Part shown: positions 1-10,286 of the stretch, in pieces
How the letters are laid out: each line of letters starts with the position of its first letter
Numbering within the stretch: the first letter of the stretch is position 1
Source of the DNA: Chloroflexota bacterium
GTDB lineage: Bacteria > Chloroflexota > Dehalococcoidia > GIF9 > UBA5629
Direction: 5' to 3'
Assembly (NCBI GenBank): GCA_016875875.1
Contig: VGOP01000006.1
Location: 72,773 to 136,772 of the forward strand
Length of the DNA: 64,000 bases
Position numbers and translations under genes: made by a program
Notes under the pieces: model-generated
Seen by the model: the letters and a program-made list of their open reading frames with translations, nothing else
What the model was told of the DNA's origin: nothing
Database searches by the model: none

Positions 1-234
1 TTCTAACCTGCCTTTCTGTGCTAATTCATGAGCTACGGTTATCTGATTTATACCCTCATTACGCTGGTAAATAGTGAAGCAAGCATCATAAACCCACTGA
101 TTGTCAGGCGTGAAGAAGTCCTCCGGCCTAAGAAATGTAGCAACCTTGAATATGCCATCACTATCAATAAGTAGAGAGCCAAGCACCGCTTTCTCAGCTT
201 CAACATCATGCGGGGGTAAATTGTCGTTAATCAC
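1..234 (-). CDS. dnaB: replicative DNA helicase DnaB, N-terminal part (gene runs off the left edge)
   Basis: My own minus-strand translation from the GTG at 234 gives [61 protein letters not shown]..., the canonical DnaB N-terminus. It is open to position 1 and lies directly downstream of rplI. It is absent from the ORF track because it has no stop in the window. Confidence 0.8.
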   Translation of the reverse strand, partial: MINDNLPPHDVEAEKAVLGSLLIDSDGIFKVATFLRPEDFFTPDNQWVYDACFTIYQRNEGINQITVAHELAQKGRLE

Positions 235-685
235 TTTTAGTTGTCTCTTCCTCAATGACTATTTTGACTTTAGCCTCCGAACCTGTGCCTAGATTAATTG
301 TCACATCGTAGCTGCCGAGATGGTGCAAAGGCTCCTCCAGCTCAACCATTTTCTTATCGACCTCAAAACCTGTGAGCTTAGAGAGTTCATCAGCTATATT
401 AGCACTGGTAATAGCACCATGAAGGCGACCTTTAGCACCTGCCTTAGCCTTGAAATACAGCTCTTTGCCTTCCAGCTCCTGAGCTATCCTACTTAGCTCC
501 TCCCGCTGGCGAGCCTGGCGCTCTGCTTTCTCATCAGATAACACTCTAGCCGCTTTTGTAGCCGAGGGTGTGGCTGGCAAAGCTAGACCTTTAGGAAACA
601 GAAAGTTCCTAGCATAACCATCGGCTACCTCTTTTATCTCTCCCATTTTGCCCTTAGGTACATCCTTCAGAAAAATAACCTTCAT
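227..685 (-). CDS. rplI: 50S ribosomal protein L9
   Basis: 152-aa [38 protein letters not shown] is the conserved bL9 N-terminal domain. Confidence 0.95.
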   Translation of the reverse strand: MKVIFLKDVPKGKMGEIKEVADGYARNFLFPKGLALPATPSATKAARVLSDEKAERQARQREELSRIAQELEGKELYFKAKAGAKGRLHGAITSANIADELSKLTGFEVDKKMVELEEPLHHLGSYDVTINLGTGSEAKVKIVIEEETTKSD

Positions 686-890
686 TCTATAACCCCCATC
701 TAGATCTTAAAATTGGCCTAATAATTTCCAAGATCGTCAGAAGATGTGATTTGTAACCATATTTTATAATTTTCACCCAACTTTTGCCTAGCAGCAACAA
801 AGGTGTTTCAACCACCAATGCCAAAAATTTTTGTTGCATGTTAATAACCATCAACTGCAGAGCAAGACCTAAACATATGCGCTAAGATGA

Positions 891-2099
891 CTAGCCGGAG
901 AATTCATCCTTAACCTTGGCTAGGGTTTGAGACTCACTTAGAAGGTCAGCAATCGTCATAGCCAGAGCTTTAGCCGCAACTAACAGCCCCTCGTGTCCTG
1001 ACTCCGAGGCAGCAGCTAAGGCAAAGTCTGATGAATGCAACAGCACGTTAGGGAGAACAATGGCAACCGAAGGATGAATGGCAGGTATAAGCTGGCTAAC
1101 ATTGCCCATATCAGTGCTACCGAAACCAAAGTGAGGTTCAAAAGGTTCCACTTTGCGACCCAACGATTCCAAGTTCTGAGCAAATAGCTTAGCTAAGGCC
1201 AAGTTATTTTTCATCGGAGCATAGACTACCTCCCCCCACCTGTAGTCCAATCTGGCACCTGTAGCTAGCGCTGCCCCTTCAAAGCAATTTAAAACCTTTT
1301 GTTTCAACTCATCAAGATAGGCATTATCCATAGCACGAACGAGAAATGCGGCTGCTGAATATGCTGGCACTACATTAGCCGCCTCACCACCATGCGTAAT
1401 TATGCCATGAATCCGAGCCTTGTTTTTGATATGCTGGCGGAGTGAATTCACAGCGTTAAATGCCAAGATCATAGCTTCGAGCGCATTTATTCCCTGCTCA
1501 GGATAGGCAGCCGCATGAACCGCCTTGCCCAAAAATTGAACCTCCAGTCCAATACAGGCGAGTGCTTCGGTAGTCGCTGTGTCTCGCACCCCGGGGTGCA
1601 TTATCATAGCCACATCAACTCCGTCAAAAACACCAGCCTTCAACATGAAGACCTTACCACCAAAAAGCTCCTCTGCAGGTGTACCGAAAACAACAACCGA
1701 CCCACCATAATCATCAACAATACATCTGCTAGCCGCAGCAGCCCCTACTGCCGAGGCAGCTATTATATTATGGCCGCAGGCATGTCCAATCTCAGGTAAG
1801 GCGTCATATTCAGCAAGCAAAGCAATTACAGGTTTACTGCTGCCATAGGCTGCCTTGAAAGCGGTAGGTAAATTCCCGATCCCGTTTTCTACCTGAAAGC
1901 CTTTTCCTGCCAGGTAGCTGGTCAACCAGCCTGATGCCTTTTCTTCCTTGAAACCCAACTCTGGATTGGCATGAATCTTGAGGCTTAATTCAATGAGTTC
2001 CTGGCGCTGTTGTTCTACCTGCCTGCTTACCTCAGCTTTAAGTTCCACCTTTGAAAGAGCCTTATTCGCCACTTTTAACTCTGCCCCACAAGGACTCAT
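891..2099 (-). CDS. M20-family amidohydrolase/peptidase (AbgB / hippurate-hydrolase-like)
   Basis: Motifs GHACGHN, MIMHPG and ITHGGEAANVVP are typical of M20D amidohydrolases. I chose the ATG at 2099 (MSPCG...), which is preceded by GGAG, rather than the GTG at 2120. Confidence 0.8.
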   Translation of the reverse strand: MSPCGAELKVANKALSKVELKAEVSRQVEQQRQELIELSLKIHANPELGFKEEKASGWLTSYLAGKGFQVENGIGNLPTAFKAAYGSSKPVIALLAEYDALPEIGHACGHNIIAASAVGAAAASRCIVDDYGGSVVVFGTPAEELFGGKVFMLKAGVFDGVDVAMIMHPGVRDTATTEALACIGLEVQFLGKAVHAAAYPEQGINALEAMILAFNAVNSLRQHIKNKARIHGIITHGGEAANVVPAYSAAAFLVRAMDNAYLDELKQKVLNCFEGAALATGARLDYRWGEVVYAPMKNNLALAKLFAQNLESLGRKVEPFEPHFGFGSTDMGNVSQLIPAIHPSVAIVLPNVLLHSSDFALAAASESGHEGLLVAAKALAMTIADLLSESQTLAKVKDEFSG

Positions 2100-2175
2100 T
2101 ATACTCCACGAGCCCAGCACATTCTACCTACGTTCACTCGGTTAAAAGACGGTCCCTACCGATAGCTACGTTAGC

Positions 2176-2204
2176 TTGACTTTAAAAATATCTCAACTTA
2201 TAAT
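2176..2204 (+). promoter_or_regulatory. sigma70-type promoter candidate for the yceD-rpmF operon
   Basis: TTGACT (2176-2181), a 17-nt spacer, then TATAAT (2199-2204), 16 nt upstream of the yceD start. Confidence 0.6.
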
Positions 2205-2219
2205 GAGCCGAGATCATAA

Positions 2220-2744
2220 ATGTTAATAGATAGATTTAACATTGGTGTTTCCCAGTTACTCAAGGAACCGATAGGCGCAAGCTGTAGCTATCAGATAGAC
2301 GGGAGCCTCGATACGGACGACATAAATTCCGTAAAGGGAGCTATAATCTTAACCCGCACCAATCGCGGCATCGTGGTTAAAGGTGAGATGAAAACCTTAG
2401 TAACAGGAATTTGCAGTCGGTGCCTCAAACTGATTGATTATAAAGTAATCTATGACTTTGAAGAGGAATGTCTTCCTAGCGTAAGCACATCAGAAGACCT
2501 ATCTTCACCCGGTCAGTCTGATAACCTTATTATTGATGAGAGTCACATGCTGGACTTAAGCGAAGTGATACGCCAATATGCCTTATTGGCCATGCCTGCC
2601 AAGCCACTTTGCCGTCTAGATTGCGCTGGAATTTGTTTATCCTGCGGGCACGACCTCAACCAAGGTCGCTGTCAGTGCCCGTCTCAGACTCATGACCAAC
2701 GCTGGTCAAAACTAATTCGCTTGGGGAAGGAGAGTAAAACTTAA
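2220..2744 (+). CDS. yceD: YceD/DUF177 family protein (23S rRNA accumulation protein)
   Basis: 174 aa with C-terminal Cys clusters (CRLDCAGICLSCGHDLNQGRCQC). It sits immediately upstream of rpmF, the conserved yceD-rpmF pairing. Confidence 0.8.
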   Translation: MLIDRFNIGVSQLLKEPIGASCSYQIDGSLDTDDINSVKGAIILTRTNRGIVVKGEMKTLVTGICSRCLKLIDYKVIYDFEEECLPSVSTSEDLSSPGQSDNLIIDESHMLDLSEVIRQYALLAMPAKPLCRLDCAGICLSCGHDLNQGRCQCPSQTHDQRWSKLIRLGKESKT

Positions 2745-2942
2745 ATGGCGTTGCCAAAGAGAAAATATGCTAAATCGCGGCAGGGGAAAAGGCGCAGCCA
2801 CCTAGCTCTTAGCATCCCTAAACTGGTTGATTGCCCTCAATGTCACACTCCCAAATTACCTCATCATGTTTGCCCCACCTGTGGTACTTATGCAGGAAGA
2901 GAAATGGTTGAAATTAAGGCTCCAAAGAAAACATCTAGCTAG
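2745..2942 (+). CDS. rpmF: 50S ribosomal protein L32
   Basis: MALPKRKYAKSRQGKRRSH plus the zinc ribbon CPQC...CPTCG. Confidence 0.95.
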   Translation: MALPKRKYAKSRQGKRRSHLALSIPKLVDCPQCHTPKLPHHVCPTCGTYAGREMVEIKAPKKTSS

Positions 2943-3044
2943 ATGACTAGTCTTAGAGAGATAACAATCCCTAAAAACCATTAGATAAGTAAAACTGAGG
3001 AAGATAATTGACCTCTAGATGAACCTGAGCTACAAGGAGGAGGC

Positions 3045-3989
3045 ATGGTAGAAGCAATAAAAGTCGCTTATGTTTTCCCCGGACAGGAATCCCACTCCGT
3101 AGGCATGGGGTTAGACCTTTACGTCCATTACTCTTCAGCCCGACAGATTTTCGACGAAGTTGACAAAACTCTGGGCTTCTCTCTATCTCGCGTATGCTTT
3201 GAAGGCCCTCAAGACGACCTCAGGCAGACCGTCAATGTCCAACCAGCAGTATTAGCCACAAGCGTTGCCTGCCTGAGAGCAGCTCAGGAGGTTAGCAACA
3301 ACGGCATACCAGAGCCCACTTTCGTCGCTGGACATGACGTGGGCACCTACGCAGCCCTGGTAGCTGCTGGCGCTCTCAGCTTATCTGATACCGTGCGTTT
3401 GATTCGCGAGAGAGGCCGATTAATGAACGAAGCCGGACAAAGAACAGCCGGTGGCATGGTGTCTATGACCGGGCTAGATATAGAAGTCTTCAAGAACATC
3501 TGCTTCTCCACAGGTGTTGAGATTGCCTATATTGACGCTCCAGACCAGGTCACCATCAGCGGAACCCAAGAAAGCCTGACTAAAGCCAAGAGGCTAGCAC
3601 AGATAAAGGGGGCTCGCCGCATCCTCCCACTGAGGGCAAGCGGACCTTTCAATTCCACATTAATGGAGCCGGCCATAGAAAGGCTAAGAAATACCATCTC
3701 GGAGTTCACCTTTAATAAACCATCAGTCCCTATTGTGGCTAATGTTGCTGCGCAGCCGCTTACTGACCTGGAAGCGATAAAGGAGGAGCTGGTTAGCCAG
3801 ATTGTCCGCCCGGTTCAATGGCAGCAATCTGTTGAAACTATGATCGCCCGAGGTGTAACCACCTTCTTTGAGATGGGGCCTGGTGAGGCACTAGCCAAGT
3901 TGATTAAGCGAATCAGCCCCGGAGCACAGACCTTTAACATCAGCAGCGCTCAAACCATCAGCGAAATAACAAGATGGCGCAGAGGATAA
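3045..3989 (+). CDS. FabD-like acyltransferase domain protein (malonyl-CoA:ACP transacylase fold, catalytic residues substituted)
   Basis: Collinear by eye with E. coli FabD: FPGQ..., ...ERGRLM, ...PVQWQQSVE..., ...EMGPG. GHSLGE is replaced by GHDVGT (D98, nt 3336-3338). The His of the PSH motif is replaced by Asn (N203, nt 3651-3653). Confidence 0.75.
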   Translation: MVEAIKVAYVFPGQESHSVGMGLDLYVHYSSARQIFDEVDKTLGFSLSRVCFEGPQDDLRQTVNVQPAVLATSVACLRAAQEVSNNGIPEPTFVAGHDVGTYAALVAAGALSLSDTVRLIRERGRLMNEAGQRTAGGMVSMTGLDIEVFKNICFSTGVEIAYIDAPDQVTISGTQESLTKAKRLAQIKGARRILPLRASGPFNSTLMEPAIERLRNTISEFTFNKPSVPIVANVAAQPLTDLEAIKEELVSQIVRPVQWQQSVETMIARGVTTFFEMGPGEALAKLIKRISPGAQTFNISSAQTISEITRWRRG

Positions 3990-5213
3990 TTGCTGCACGC
4001 CAGACCACAGATGTGGCAACTGCGCTTAACCAGACCGGTCAAATCTCGGGGTATGGCCAAAATGCTAAAGCCTAGCTTGCCCCCCAAAACTGCTGCCATC
4101 TGTAACCACTGCGATAAGAAATCCGCCCTCATCTCCAAGTCCCTTGGTCTATGTGCTGATTGTATCCACCACGATTTCCAAAAGGTCGAGCCCACAATCC
4201 AGGAAGCACATCAGAAATCAAGGCAGTCCTTTAACCTACCGCTACAACCACCAAAGACAATAAATGGCGTTGCTTGCCACCTATGCCTTAATGAATGCCA
4301 ACTTCCAGAAGGGCAAAGGAGTTACTGTGGCATACGCATAGCCGTCTCAGGGAAGCTCACTGGTGCCACGGCAGAGAAAGGCAATGTAAGCTGGTACTAT
4401 GACCCATTACCTACAAATTGCGTTGCCGACTGGGTCTGCCCTGGCGGCACAGGTTCAGGGTATCCTGACTTCGCTTATTGCCCAGGTCCAGAGCACGGTT
4501 ATAATAATCTCGCCGTTTTCTATCAAGCTTGCTCTTTTGATTGCCTCTTCTGCCAGAATTGGCACTACCGATCAGCAGCAATAAAGCAAGACTGGGTTAG
4601 CCCCTTGGAACTAGCTGGTGCAGTTGACGACCGAACCTCCTGCATCTGCTATTTTGGTGGCGACTCAACACCCCAATTACCCCATGCCCTACGTGCTTCA
4701 CGTCTGGCATTAGATAGAAATAAAGGGCGCATCCTCCGCATTTGCTGGGAAACCAACGGCTCAATGCATCCAGCTTTACTCAAGCAAGCGGCTAAGCTTT
4801 CACTTGATTCCGGCGGATGCATCAAATTTGATCTTAAAGCTTGGGACGAGAAGTTACACATCGCCCTTTGCGGCGTAAGCAACAAGAGAACGTTAGACAA
4901 CTTCAGCCTTCTCGCCGGCTATGCAAGAAAAAGACCTGAGCCGCCTTTTCTCATAGCCAGTACCTTGCTAATTCCTGGCTATATAGCCGAACAGGAAGTA
5001 TCCAATATCGCCAAATTTATCGCCTCTTTAGACCCGAATGTACCTTACGCTCTTCTCGCTTTCCACCCTGATTTCTTGATGACTGACTCGCCAACTACCT
5101 CGCTGCAGCATGCAGAGCGATGCTTAAAAGCAGCTAAAGAGGCCGGGTTATGCCGGGTACAGCTAGGAAACGTTCATTTGTTGAGGAATGAATATCAGAA
5201 TGGCTGGATTTAG
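3990..5213 (+). CDS. radical SAM protein, PflA-like / AmmeMemoRadiSam-like, with an N-terminal zinc-ribbon
   Basis: CxxxCxxC radical SAM motif CSFDCLFCQNW. Upstream motif CHLCLNECQLPEGQRSYCGIR. N-terminal CNHC...CADC. The start is uncertain: TTG 3990, ATG 4010 or ATG 4053. Confidence 0.7.
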   Translation: MLHARPQMWQLRLTRPVKSRGMAKMLKPSLPPKTAAICNHCDKKSALISKSLGLCADCIHHDFQKVEPTIQEAHQKSRQSFNLPLQPPKTINGVACHLCLNECQLPEGQRSYCGIRIAVSGKLTGATAEKGNVSWYYDPLPTNCVADWVCPGGTGSGYPDFAYCPGPEHGYNNLAVFYQACSFDCLFCQNWHYRSAAIKQDWVSPLELAGAVDDRTSCICYFGGDSTPQLPHALRASRLALDRNKGRILRICWETNGSMHPALLKQAAKLSLDSGGCIKFDLKAWDEKLHIALCGVSNKRTLDNFSLLAGYARKRPEPPFLIASTLLIPGYIAEQEVSNIAKFIASLDPNVPYALLAFHPDFLMTDSPTTSLQHAERCLKAAKEAGLCRVQLGNVHLLRNEYQNGWI

Positions 5214-5652
5214 ACGGATAGCCAGGACTATTGCTCTACAGACGCTTTACGAGCTTGATTGTTCGGCTCACAAGCCGGATGAGATTTTGACTCGCTTGCT
5301 AGAGGGAAAAGCCCTGCCTGGCGAAGCAGCCGATTTCGCCAGAAGCTTAGTTAATGGAGTCCTTAAGAACAAGAAAAATATCGATGATATGATTCGAAGG
5401 TTCGCTCCCGCCTTTCCCGTCAACCAAATAGCCCCTATAGATAGAAATATTCTCCGCCTTGCCATTTTTGAGATTTTATTCGATAATAGAGTTCCAGTCA
5501 AAGCAGCTATTAATGAAGCTGTTGAGCTGGCTAAGAGTTTTGGTGGTGATACTTCTCAAAAATTTGTCAACGGGGTTTTGGGCTCAGTAGTCAATGCTGG
5601 CATGCAGCAAGAGAACCGACAGGAAGCGATTAAAGAAACTGAACAAACCTGA
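5188..5652 (+). CDS. nusB: transcription antitermination factor NusB
   Basis: RRIARTIALQTLYELD ... DRNILRLAIFEIL ... INEAVELAKSFGG ... FVNGVLG are NusB hallmarks. The ATG at 5200 is an alternative start. Confidence 0.9.
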   Translation: MNIRMAGFRRIARTIALQTLYELDCSAHKPDEILTRLLEGKALPGEAADFARSLVNGVLKNKKNIDDMIRRFAPAFPVNQIAPIDRNILRLAIFEILFDNRVPVKAAINEAVELAKSFGGDTSQKFVNGVLGSVVNAGMQQENRQEAIKETEQT

Positions 5653-5669
5653 ATGCACAGAGGAAACTA

Positions 5670-5927
5670 ATGACACAAATTCCAGATAAGCTCAAGAAGA
5701 TGATTGCAGAGCAACTCGGCGTTGACGAGGAATCCATAGAGCCTTCGGCATCCTTTGTTGACGACCTCAATATCGACCCATCCGATTTGGCCGAGCTTAT
5801 CACCGCCATAGAACAGGAATTCAGCACACCAAGACGCAAGTTGGAAATATCAGACGAAGATACCGAAAAAATCGTTACCGTTCAGGACCTCATTGACTGC
5901 CTTCACGACTACGGCATAGAAGATTAA
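5670..5927 (+). CDS. acyl carrier protein-like protein (non-canonical Ser motif)
   Basis: Aligns with AcpP (KKMIAEQLGV...ASFVDDL...AELI.AIEQEF...VTVQDLIDCL). DLGADSLD is replaced by DLNIDPSD. Confidence 0.7.
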   Translation: MTQIPDKLKKMIAEQLGVDEESIEPSASFVDDLNIDPSDLAELITAIEQEFSTPRRKLEISDEDTEKIVTVQDLIDCLHDYGIED

Positions 5928-6051
5928 ATGCTCTTGATAATCCCACTTGTAGCATTCTAAGCATTCCTGCGTGTCACCAGCCTAGGGGTGACCATGTGGT
6001 TTTAATTTGCGTGGTGGGTCACCTCTGGGCAGGTGCCACCTAGAAGAGCAG

Positions 6052-9000
6052 TTAAGCACGTATAGCTACTTTTTTAAGCACTTCCTTAAGTACATCCTGC
6101 CAATTAGTGTCCAGGAGCTTTATGTCAAGTTTTATGTGCTGGCTGCCTACTCTAATTCCAGATTTAAAATCCTGTGCTAAAGACAGTTTGTTTAACTGTC
6201 TGGTATTGTTGAAATGCAAAACGATTTGTCGACCCTCTGTAGAAATCGATTCCACCATCGCGGCAGCAGCAAGCTGCTTAACTTCCACTACATAGAGAAG
6301 ATTCTTGACCGGCTGTGGCATCTGCCCGAATCTGTCATCAATTTCCATCGCTATGTCCTCTATTTCCTGAACTCGTTTAACCGCAGCCAACCGCTGATAA
6401 AAAGTCAGCCTGGTGCTTAAAGCCGGGATATATTCTTCTGGAATATAGGCGTCCAAAGGTAGAGCTACAGTTGGAACCGCAGGTTGCGGCGTTCTTCGCT
6501 CCTCTCCTACTACTCGCTCCTGCCTTAACTCCTCCACTGCCTCAGCCAATAGCCGGCAATAAAGGTCAAAGCCTACGGCAGCTATATAACCACTTTGCTC
6601 CACACCCAGCAGATTACCAGCCCCTCGAATCTCCAGGTCTTTCATTGCAACAGCAAATCCAGCACCCAGTTCTGCGGCCTCAGAGATAGTTTTGAGACGC
6701 TTCCGAGCCTCAGGAGTCAGTTGCTTACCTTTCTCAAAAAAGAAATAAGCGTAGGCATTGTTGCTACCGCGCCCGATGCGTCCCCGCAGCTGATAAAGCT
6801 GCGTTAGACCTAACCTGTCCGCATGGTCAACAATCAAGGTATTGACGTTAGATATATCGAGTCCGGACTCGATAATGGTGGTAGTAACCAGAATATCGCT
6901 TTTGTGATTAACGAAATCCGTCATCACCTTTTCCAGCTCCTCTTCAGGCATTTGGCCATGGGCAACAGATATTTTGCCTTCAGGAACCAAACTGCTTAGC
7001 CTGCTGGCAACCATAGCAATGCTGTGAACCCGGTTATGAACGAAAAATATCTGGCCATTCCGCTCCAGTTCACGCAGTATTGCCTCACGGATTATCCTTT
7101 CATCATAAGCACCAACATGAGTCTTGATTGGTAAACGCTCCTCCGGCGGGGTTTCAATCGTGCTCATGTCCCTAATCCCAGCCAGCGACATATGAAGAGT
7201 GCGAGGAATAGGAGTTGCACTTAATGTAAGAACATCTAGCTCCCTTCTCAGTTTCTTAAAGTGCTCCTTGTGTATCACACCAAAACGCTGCTCTTCATCT
7301 ATGATTATGAGCCCTAAGTCTTTAAACACGACATCTTTTTGCAATAAACGGTGAGTACCAATGCAGATATCCACTGTGCCTGCTGCCAAGCATTCGATTA
7401 TGTCAGCCTGTTCTCTTTCAGTGCAGAAACGGCTCAACATCTCGACTCTTACTGGAAAAGCTTGTAGTCTCTCACAAAAAGTGGCAAAGTGTTGCTGTGC
7501 CAACACTGTCGTCGGAACGAGCAAGGCTACCTGCTTGCCATCCATCACTGACTTGAAGGCAGCCCGAAGCGCAACTTCAGTCTTACCATAACCTACATCT
7601 CCGCAAACAAGGCGGTCCATCGGCCTTTGCTTCTCCATATCACTCTTGACAGCTAGAACAGCCTCCAACTGGTCAGTGGTTTCCATGTAGGGGAAAGATG
7701 ACTCTAGCTCATGCTGCCACAGGCTGTCTGAGGAGAAAGCGAAGCCAGAAATTACCTCCCTCGTCGCATATAGACCCAAAAGCTCACGGGCAACACTAGC
7801 CACGGATTCTTTAATTCTCTGCTTGGTACGTGCCCATTCCTGGGTTCCCAATCGGCTTAAGGTTGGCGGTTGGTCGCTGGCGCCAACATAGCAGCTAACA
7901 CGGTCAACTTGGTCAGTAGGCACATAAAGCCTATCACCAGCAGCATATTCCAGGACAAGATACTCCCGCTCAATGCCATCAGTGATCATCTTGGTCAACC
8001 CAGAAAACCTGGCAATACCATGTTCAATGTGGACTATATAATCACCGGGCGTCAATTCGGAAATAAACCAGTGGTAACGTATTGGTTTCTTCCTGGATAA
8101 GCGTCTTTGTTTGACGAAGCCGAAAATTTCATTATCCGTAAACAGAGTGAGGACATCTCTCATCGCCCAGCCTTCAGCCAGTGCCCCTTGAACTAGAGTG
8201 ACTGATTTCGAAGATGGCACCTGCTCTATCTGTGAAACTGGGCTGGCCAGGACATCCTGCTCCTGCAACAGTTCGGCTAGACGATTTGCTTGCTGACTAA
8301 CTACAACGATTCGCTGGCCTTCCTGTAGCATCTCTCTAAGTCCTTTGGAGAAGGCTTCAAGTCTGCCTCCATAACTTGGCACCGGAGCTAAAGGCAAGAA
8401 CTGAATATGGGTTTTATCAGAGTCACCGGTGTTCCACGAATAAAGCATTAAGCGTTGCTTGATTTTCTTTGTCTTTGTATCAAATTCTGGCCAGGACACA
8501 ATAGGCAAATCCGATGCTGGTTCACCTTGTTCCAACTTCGCCTGGTCAAGCTCCTCAGCCTCCTTGTTTAGCTTGTCTATAACAGTTTTGAGTTCATCAA
8601 GGTCATCTGTAACTAGCAGCGCCTTTTCAGGCAGGTAATCCAAGATAGTGTCCCCATTAAGATGCTGCTGGCTTTCTTTAGCCGAAACTATTGTAACCGA
8701 GTTTGCTAACTTCAATGACCGCTGTGTCTTCGGGTCAAAGATCCTGATGCTTTCAATCCGGTTGCCAACGAACTCTATTCTGGCAGGGAACCCATTATCC
8801 GGAGAGAAAACATCAACGATACCTCCTCGGCGACTGATTGTTCCCGGAACTTCAACAATATTCTCCAATTCGTACCCAATAGCCTGCCATCTTGCTATAA
8901 GTTGGAGCGGGTCGATATTCATGCCGACCCTCAAGGCATGGCAAGACGCAACGAACTCGTCTCGAGGCATGGTCCTGCTAACCGCAGCTAAAGCGGAACT

Positions 9001-9393
9001 TACAATTATAGGGCTCAGTCTATCTGCCGATATGTCACAGCAAGGAGTAAAGGCCGAAAGAGTTCGCAATCTTTCAGCTATCGTAAAGATGTCAGACGTC
9101 AAGTATTCACCAGCCAAAATGTCAATTTCAGGGAAAAACTGCAGCCAAGTTGCACTGGGACACCAAGCCTGGAGCTCGTCATAGAGTCTCTTGGCGCTTT
9201 CAGGCTGAGCAGCTATCACCAAAATGGGCAGGTTTAGTTCTTCATGGAGAGCAGCTATCACGAAAGGCTTGACGGCGTCAGCTACCACCAGCCTAATGTC
9301 TTTCTCCTGCAACCCGGTTAGTTCGCCTTTTAGCTGCCGATAGCCGGGAACCTGTTCGATTAAAGAAAGGAGACGAGACAAATCCATTTCCAA
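6052..9393 (-). CDS. mfd: transcription-repair coupling factor Mfd
   Basis: 1113 aa. It has a CarD/TRCF RNAP-interaction region ([14 protein letters not shown]), a superfamily-2 helicase core ([41 protein letters not shown]) and a TRG motif region. Confidence 0.95.
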   Translation of the reverse strand: MEMDLSRLLSLIEQVPGYRQLKGELTGLQEKDIRLVVADAVKPFVIAALHEELNLPILVIAAQPESAKRLYDELQAWCPSATWLQFFPEIDILAGEYLTSDIFTIAERLRTLSAFTPCCDISADRLSPIIVSSALAAVSRTMPRDEFVASCHALRVGMNIDPLQLIARWQAIGYELENIVEVPGTISRRGGIVDVFSPDNGFPARIEFVGNRIESIRIFDPKTQRSLKLANSVTIVSAKESQQHLNGDTILDYLPEKALLVTDDLDELKTVIDKLNKEAEELDQAKLEQGEPASDLPIVSWPEFDTKTKKIKQRLMLYSWNTGDSDKTHIQFLPLAPVPSYGGRLEAFSKGLREMLQEGQRIVVVSQQANRLAELLQEQDVLASPVSQIEQVPSSKSVTLVQGALAEGWAMRDVLTLFTDNEIFGFVKQRRLSRKKPIRYHWFISELTPGDYIVHIEHGIARFSGLTKMITDGIEREYLVLEYAAGDRLYVPTDQVDRVSCYVGASDQPPTLSRLGTQEWARTKQRIKESVASVARELLGLYATREVISGFAFSSDSLWQHELESSFPYMETTDQLEAVLAVKSDMEKQRPMDRLVCGDVGYGKTEVALRAAFKSVMDGKQVALLVPTTVLAQQHFATFCERLQAFPVRVEMLSRFCTEREQADIIECLAAGTVDICIGTHRLLQKDVVFKDLGLIIIDEEQRFGVIHKEHFKKLRRELDVLTLSATPIPRTLHMSLAGIRDMSTIETPPEERLPIKTHVGAYDERIIREAILRELERNGQIFFVHNRVHSIAMVASRLSSLVPEGKISVAHGQMPEEELEKVMTDFVNHKSDILVTTTIIESGLDISNVNTLIVDHADRLGLTQLYQLRGRIGRGSNNAYAYFFFEKGKQLTPEARKRLKTISEAAELGAGFAVAMKDLEIRGAGNLLGVEQSGYIAAVGFDLYCRLLAEAVEELRQERVVGEERRTPQPAVPTVALPLDAYIPEEYIPALSTRLTFYQRLAAVKRVQEIEDIAMEIDDRFGQMPQPVKNLLYVVEVKQLAAAAMVESISTEGRQIVLHFNNTRQLNKLSLAQDFKSGIRVGSQHIKLDIKLLDTNWQDVLKEVLKKVAIRA

Positions 9394-9431
9394 ACACCCA
9401 TAGGGCTAGCCGCTACCTCAAGGGTAGTCCA

Positions 9432-9461
9432 GACTAGCCCTGACTGAATTGTAGCACACGC
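9432..9461. repeat. left copy of a ~30-bp direct repeat flanking the orphan gene
   Basis: GACTAGCCCTGACTGAATTGTAGCACACGC versus GACTAGTCCTGACTGAATTTTATCACGCG at 10237..10265. About 25 of 30 positions match by hand alignment. Confidence 0.7.
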
Positions 9462-9532
9462 TCAACTACTCGAACAATTAATGCGAGTGTGTAAAAGGAC
9501 GGAGCCAGCATATCAAAAATAACCCAAATTGG

Positions 9533-10252
9533 TTGAGGCCGACAAGTTTAGAGAATATAATTGTATGGAAGGATGTTCAGATAGCGCGAATATCACAAAC
9601 CAAAGCAGAATTACTTAATCATCTAAAAGAGCAAATAGTCTTCATGATTGCCTCTGCGGCCTCCTATGACCAAGGGTTCGAAGGCGAAGCTAGGAGATTA
9701 TCCGTTAGTATTAGGATATTGGCTCATGATACATCACGTGCTAAGTCTCTACTGACCCAATTAGGAAAGAAGGAAATTGGGTTTCTTGATACCGCTACTC
9801 CCTTCAACCCAAATAATCCGCTTGCAGTTAATTGTCTAACAATGATGAAGTATTCCTTCAAGGATGGCGTACATACTGGGGCCTATGTAGCCCCTTTAGA
9901 TAATCTGTCCCCGTCTAGAGCCAACAAAAAGATACCCTTTGACGCTTGGTGGTCAGAAAATATTATCTATCGGGATAACAGGAGAAACACATTTACTCGG
10001 AAGGATTTAGTTTTGAACGTTGCAAATACAGACGGAGGAGCTCATGTTGACCCAAACCTAGACCAAGCGTATGCTCAATTCTCTAGGTTTAATACGTTAG
10101 GTTGGAAGGTATTCAAAGGTAGTGCTGCGGAGGACTTTGCAAATACCCCTGTATTGCCAAGCATACGTCAGATGACCCATGAACTACTTATAACGCTAAA
10201 GGATGAATTCCCTGGTTTATTTCCAAACACCTATAGGACTAGTCCTGACTGA
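9533..10252 (+). CDS. hypothetical protein (orphan, no motif recognised)
   Basis: 239-aa ORF with a TTG start, so the start is uncertain. No recognisable family motif. It looks more AT-rich than its neighbours by eye. Its last codons (RTSPD*) lie inside the right direct repeat. Confidence 0.55.
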   Translation: MRPTSLENIIVWKDVQIARISQTKAELLNHLKEQIVFMIASAASYDQGFEGEARRLSVSIRILAHDTSRAKSLLTQLGKKEIGFLDTATPFNPNNPLAVNCLTMMKYSFKDGVHTGAYVAPLDNLSPSRANKKIPFDAWWSENIIYRDNRRNTFTRKDLVLNVANTDGGAHVDPNLDQAYAQFSRFNTLGWKVFKGSAAEDFANTPVLPSIRQMTHELLITLKDEFPGLFPNTYRTSPD

Positions 10253-10265
10253 ATTTTATCACGCG
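10237..10265. repeat. right copy of the ~30-bp direct repeat flanking the orphan gene
   Basis: See 9432..9461. The two copies are 805 bp apart. Confidence 0.7.
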
Positions 10266-10286
10266 ATTGCTTAACCAAAAAAACTG

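Noticed and set aside
5928-6051. Repeated GTCACC/GGTGAC segments between the ACP-like gene and mfd, considered as a small RNA or tRNA-like element
   Set aside because: There is no cloverleaf and no conserved tRNA boxes. The simplest reading is a pair of stem-loops acting as terminators between convergent genes, and I could not support more than that.
8648-9184. 178-aa plus-strand ORF inside mfd
   Set aside because: It is antisense to a strongly supported 1113-aa gene and has a low-complexity, Ser/Leu-rich translation. The smaller ORFs at 6107-8100 are rejected for the same reason.
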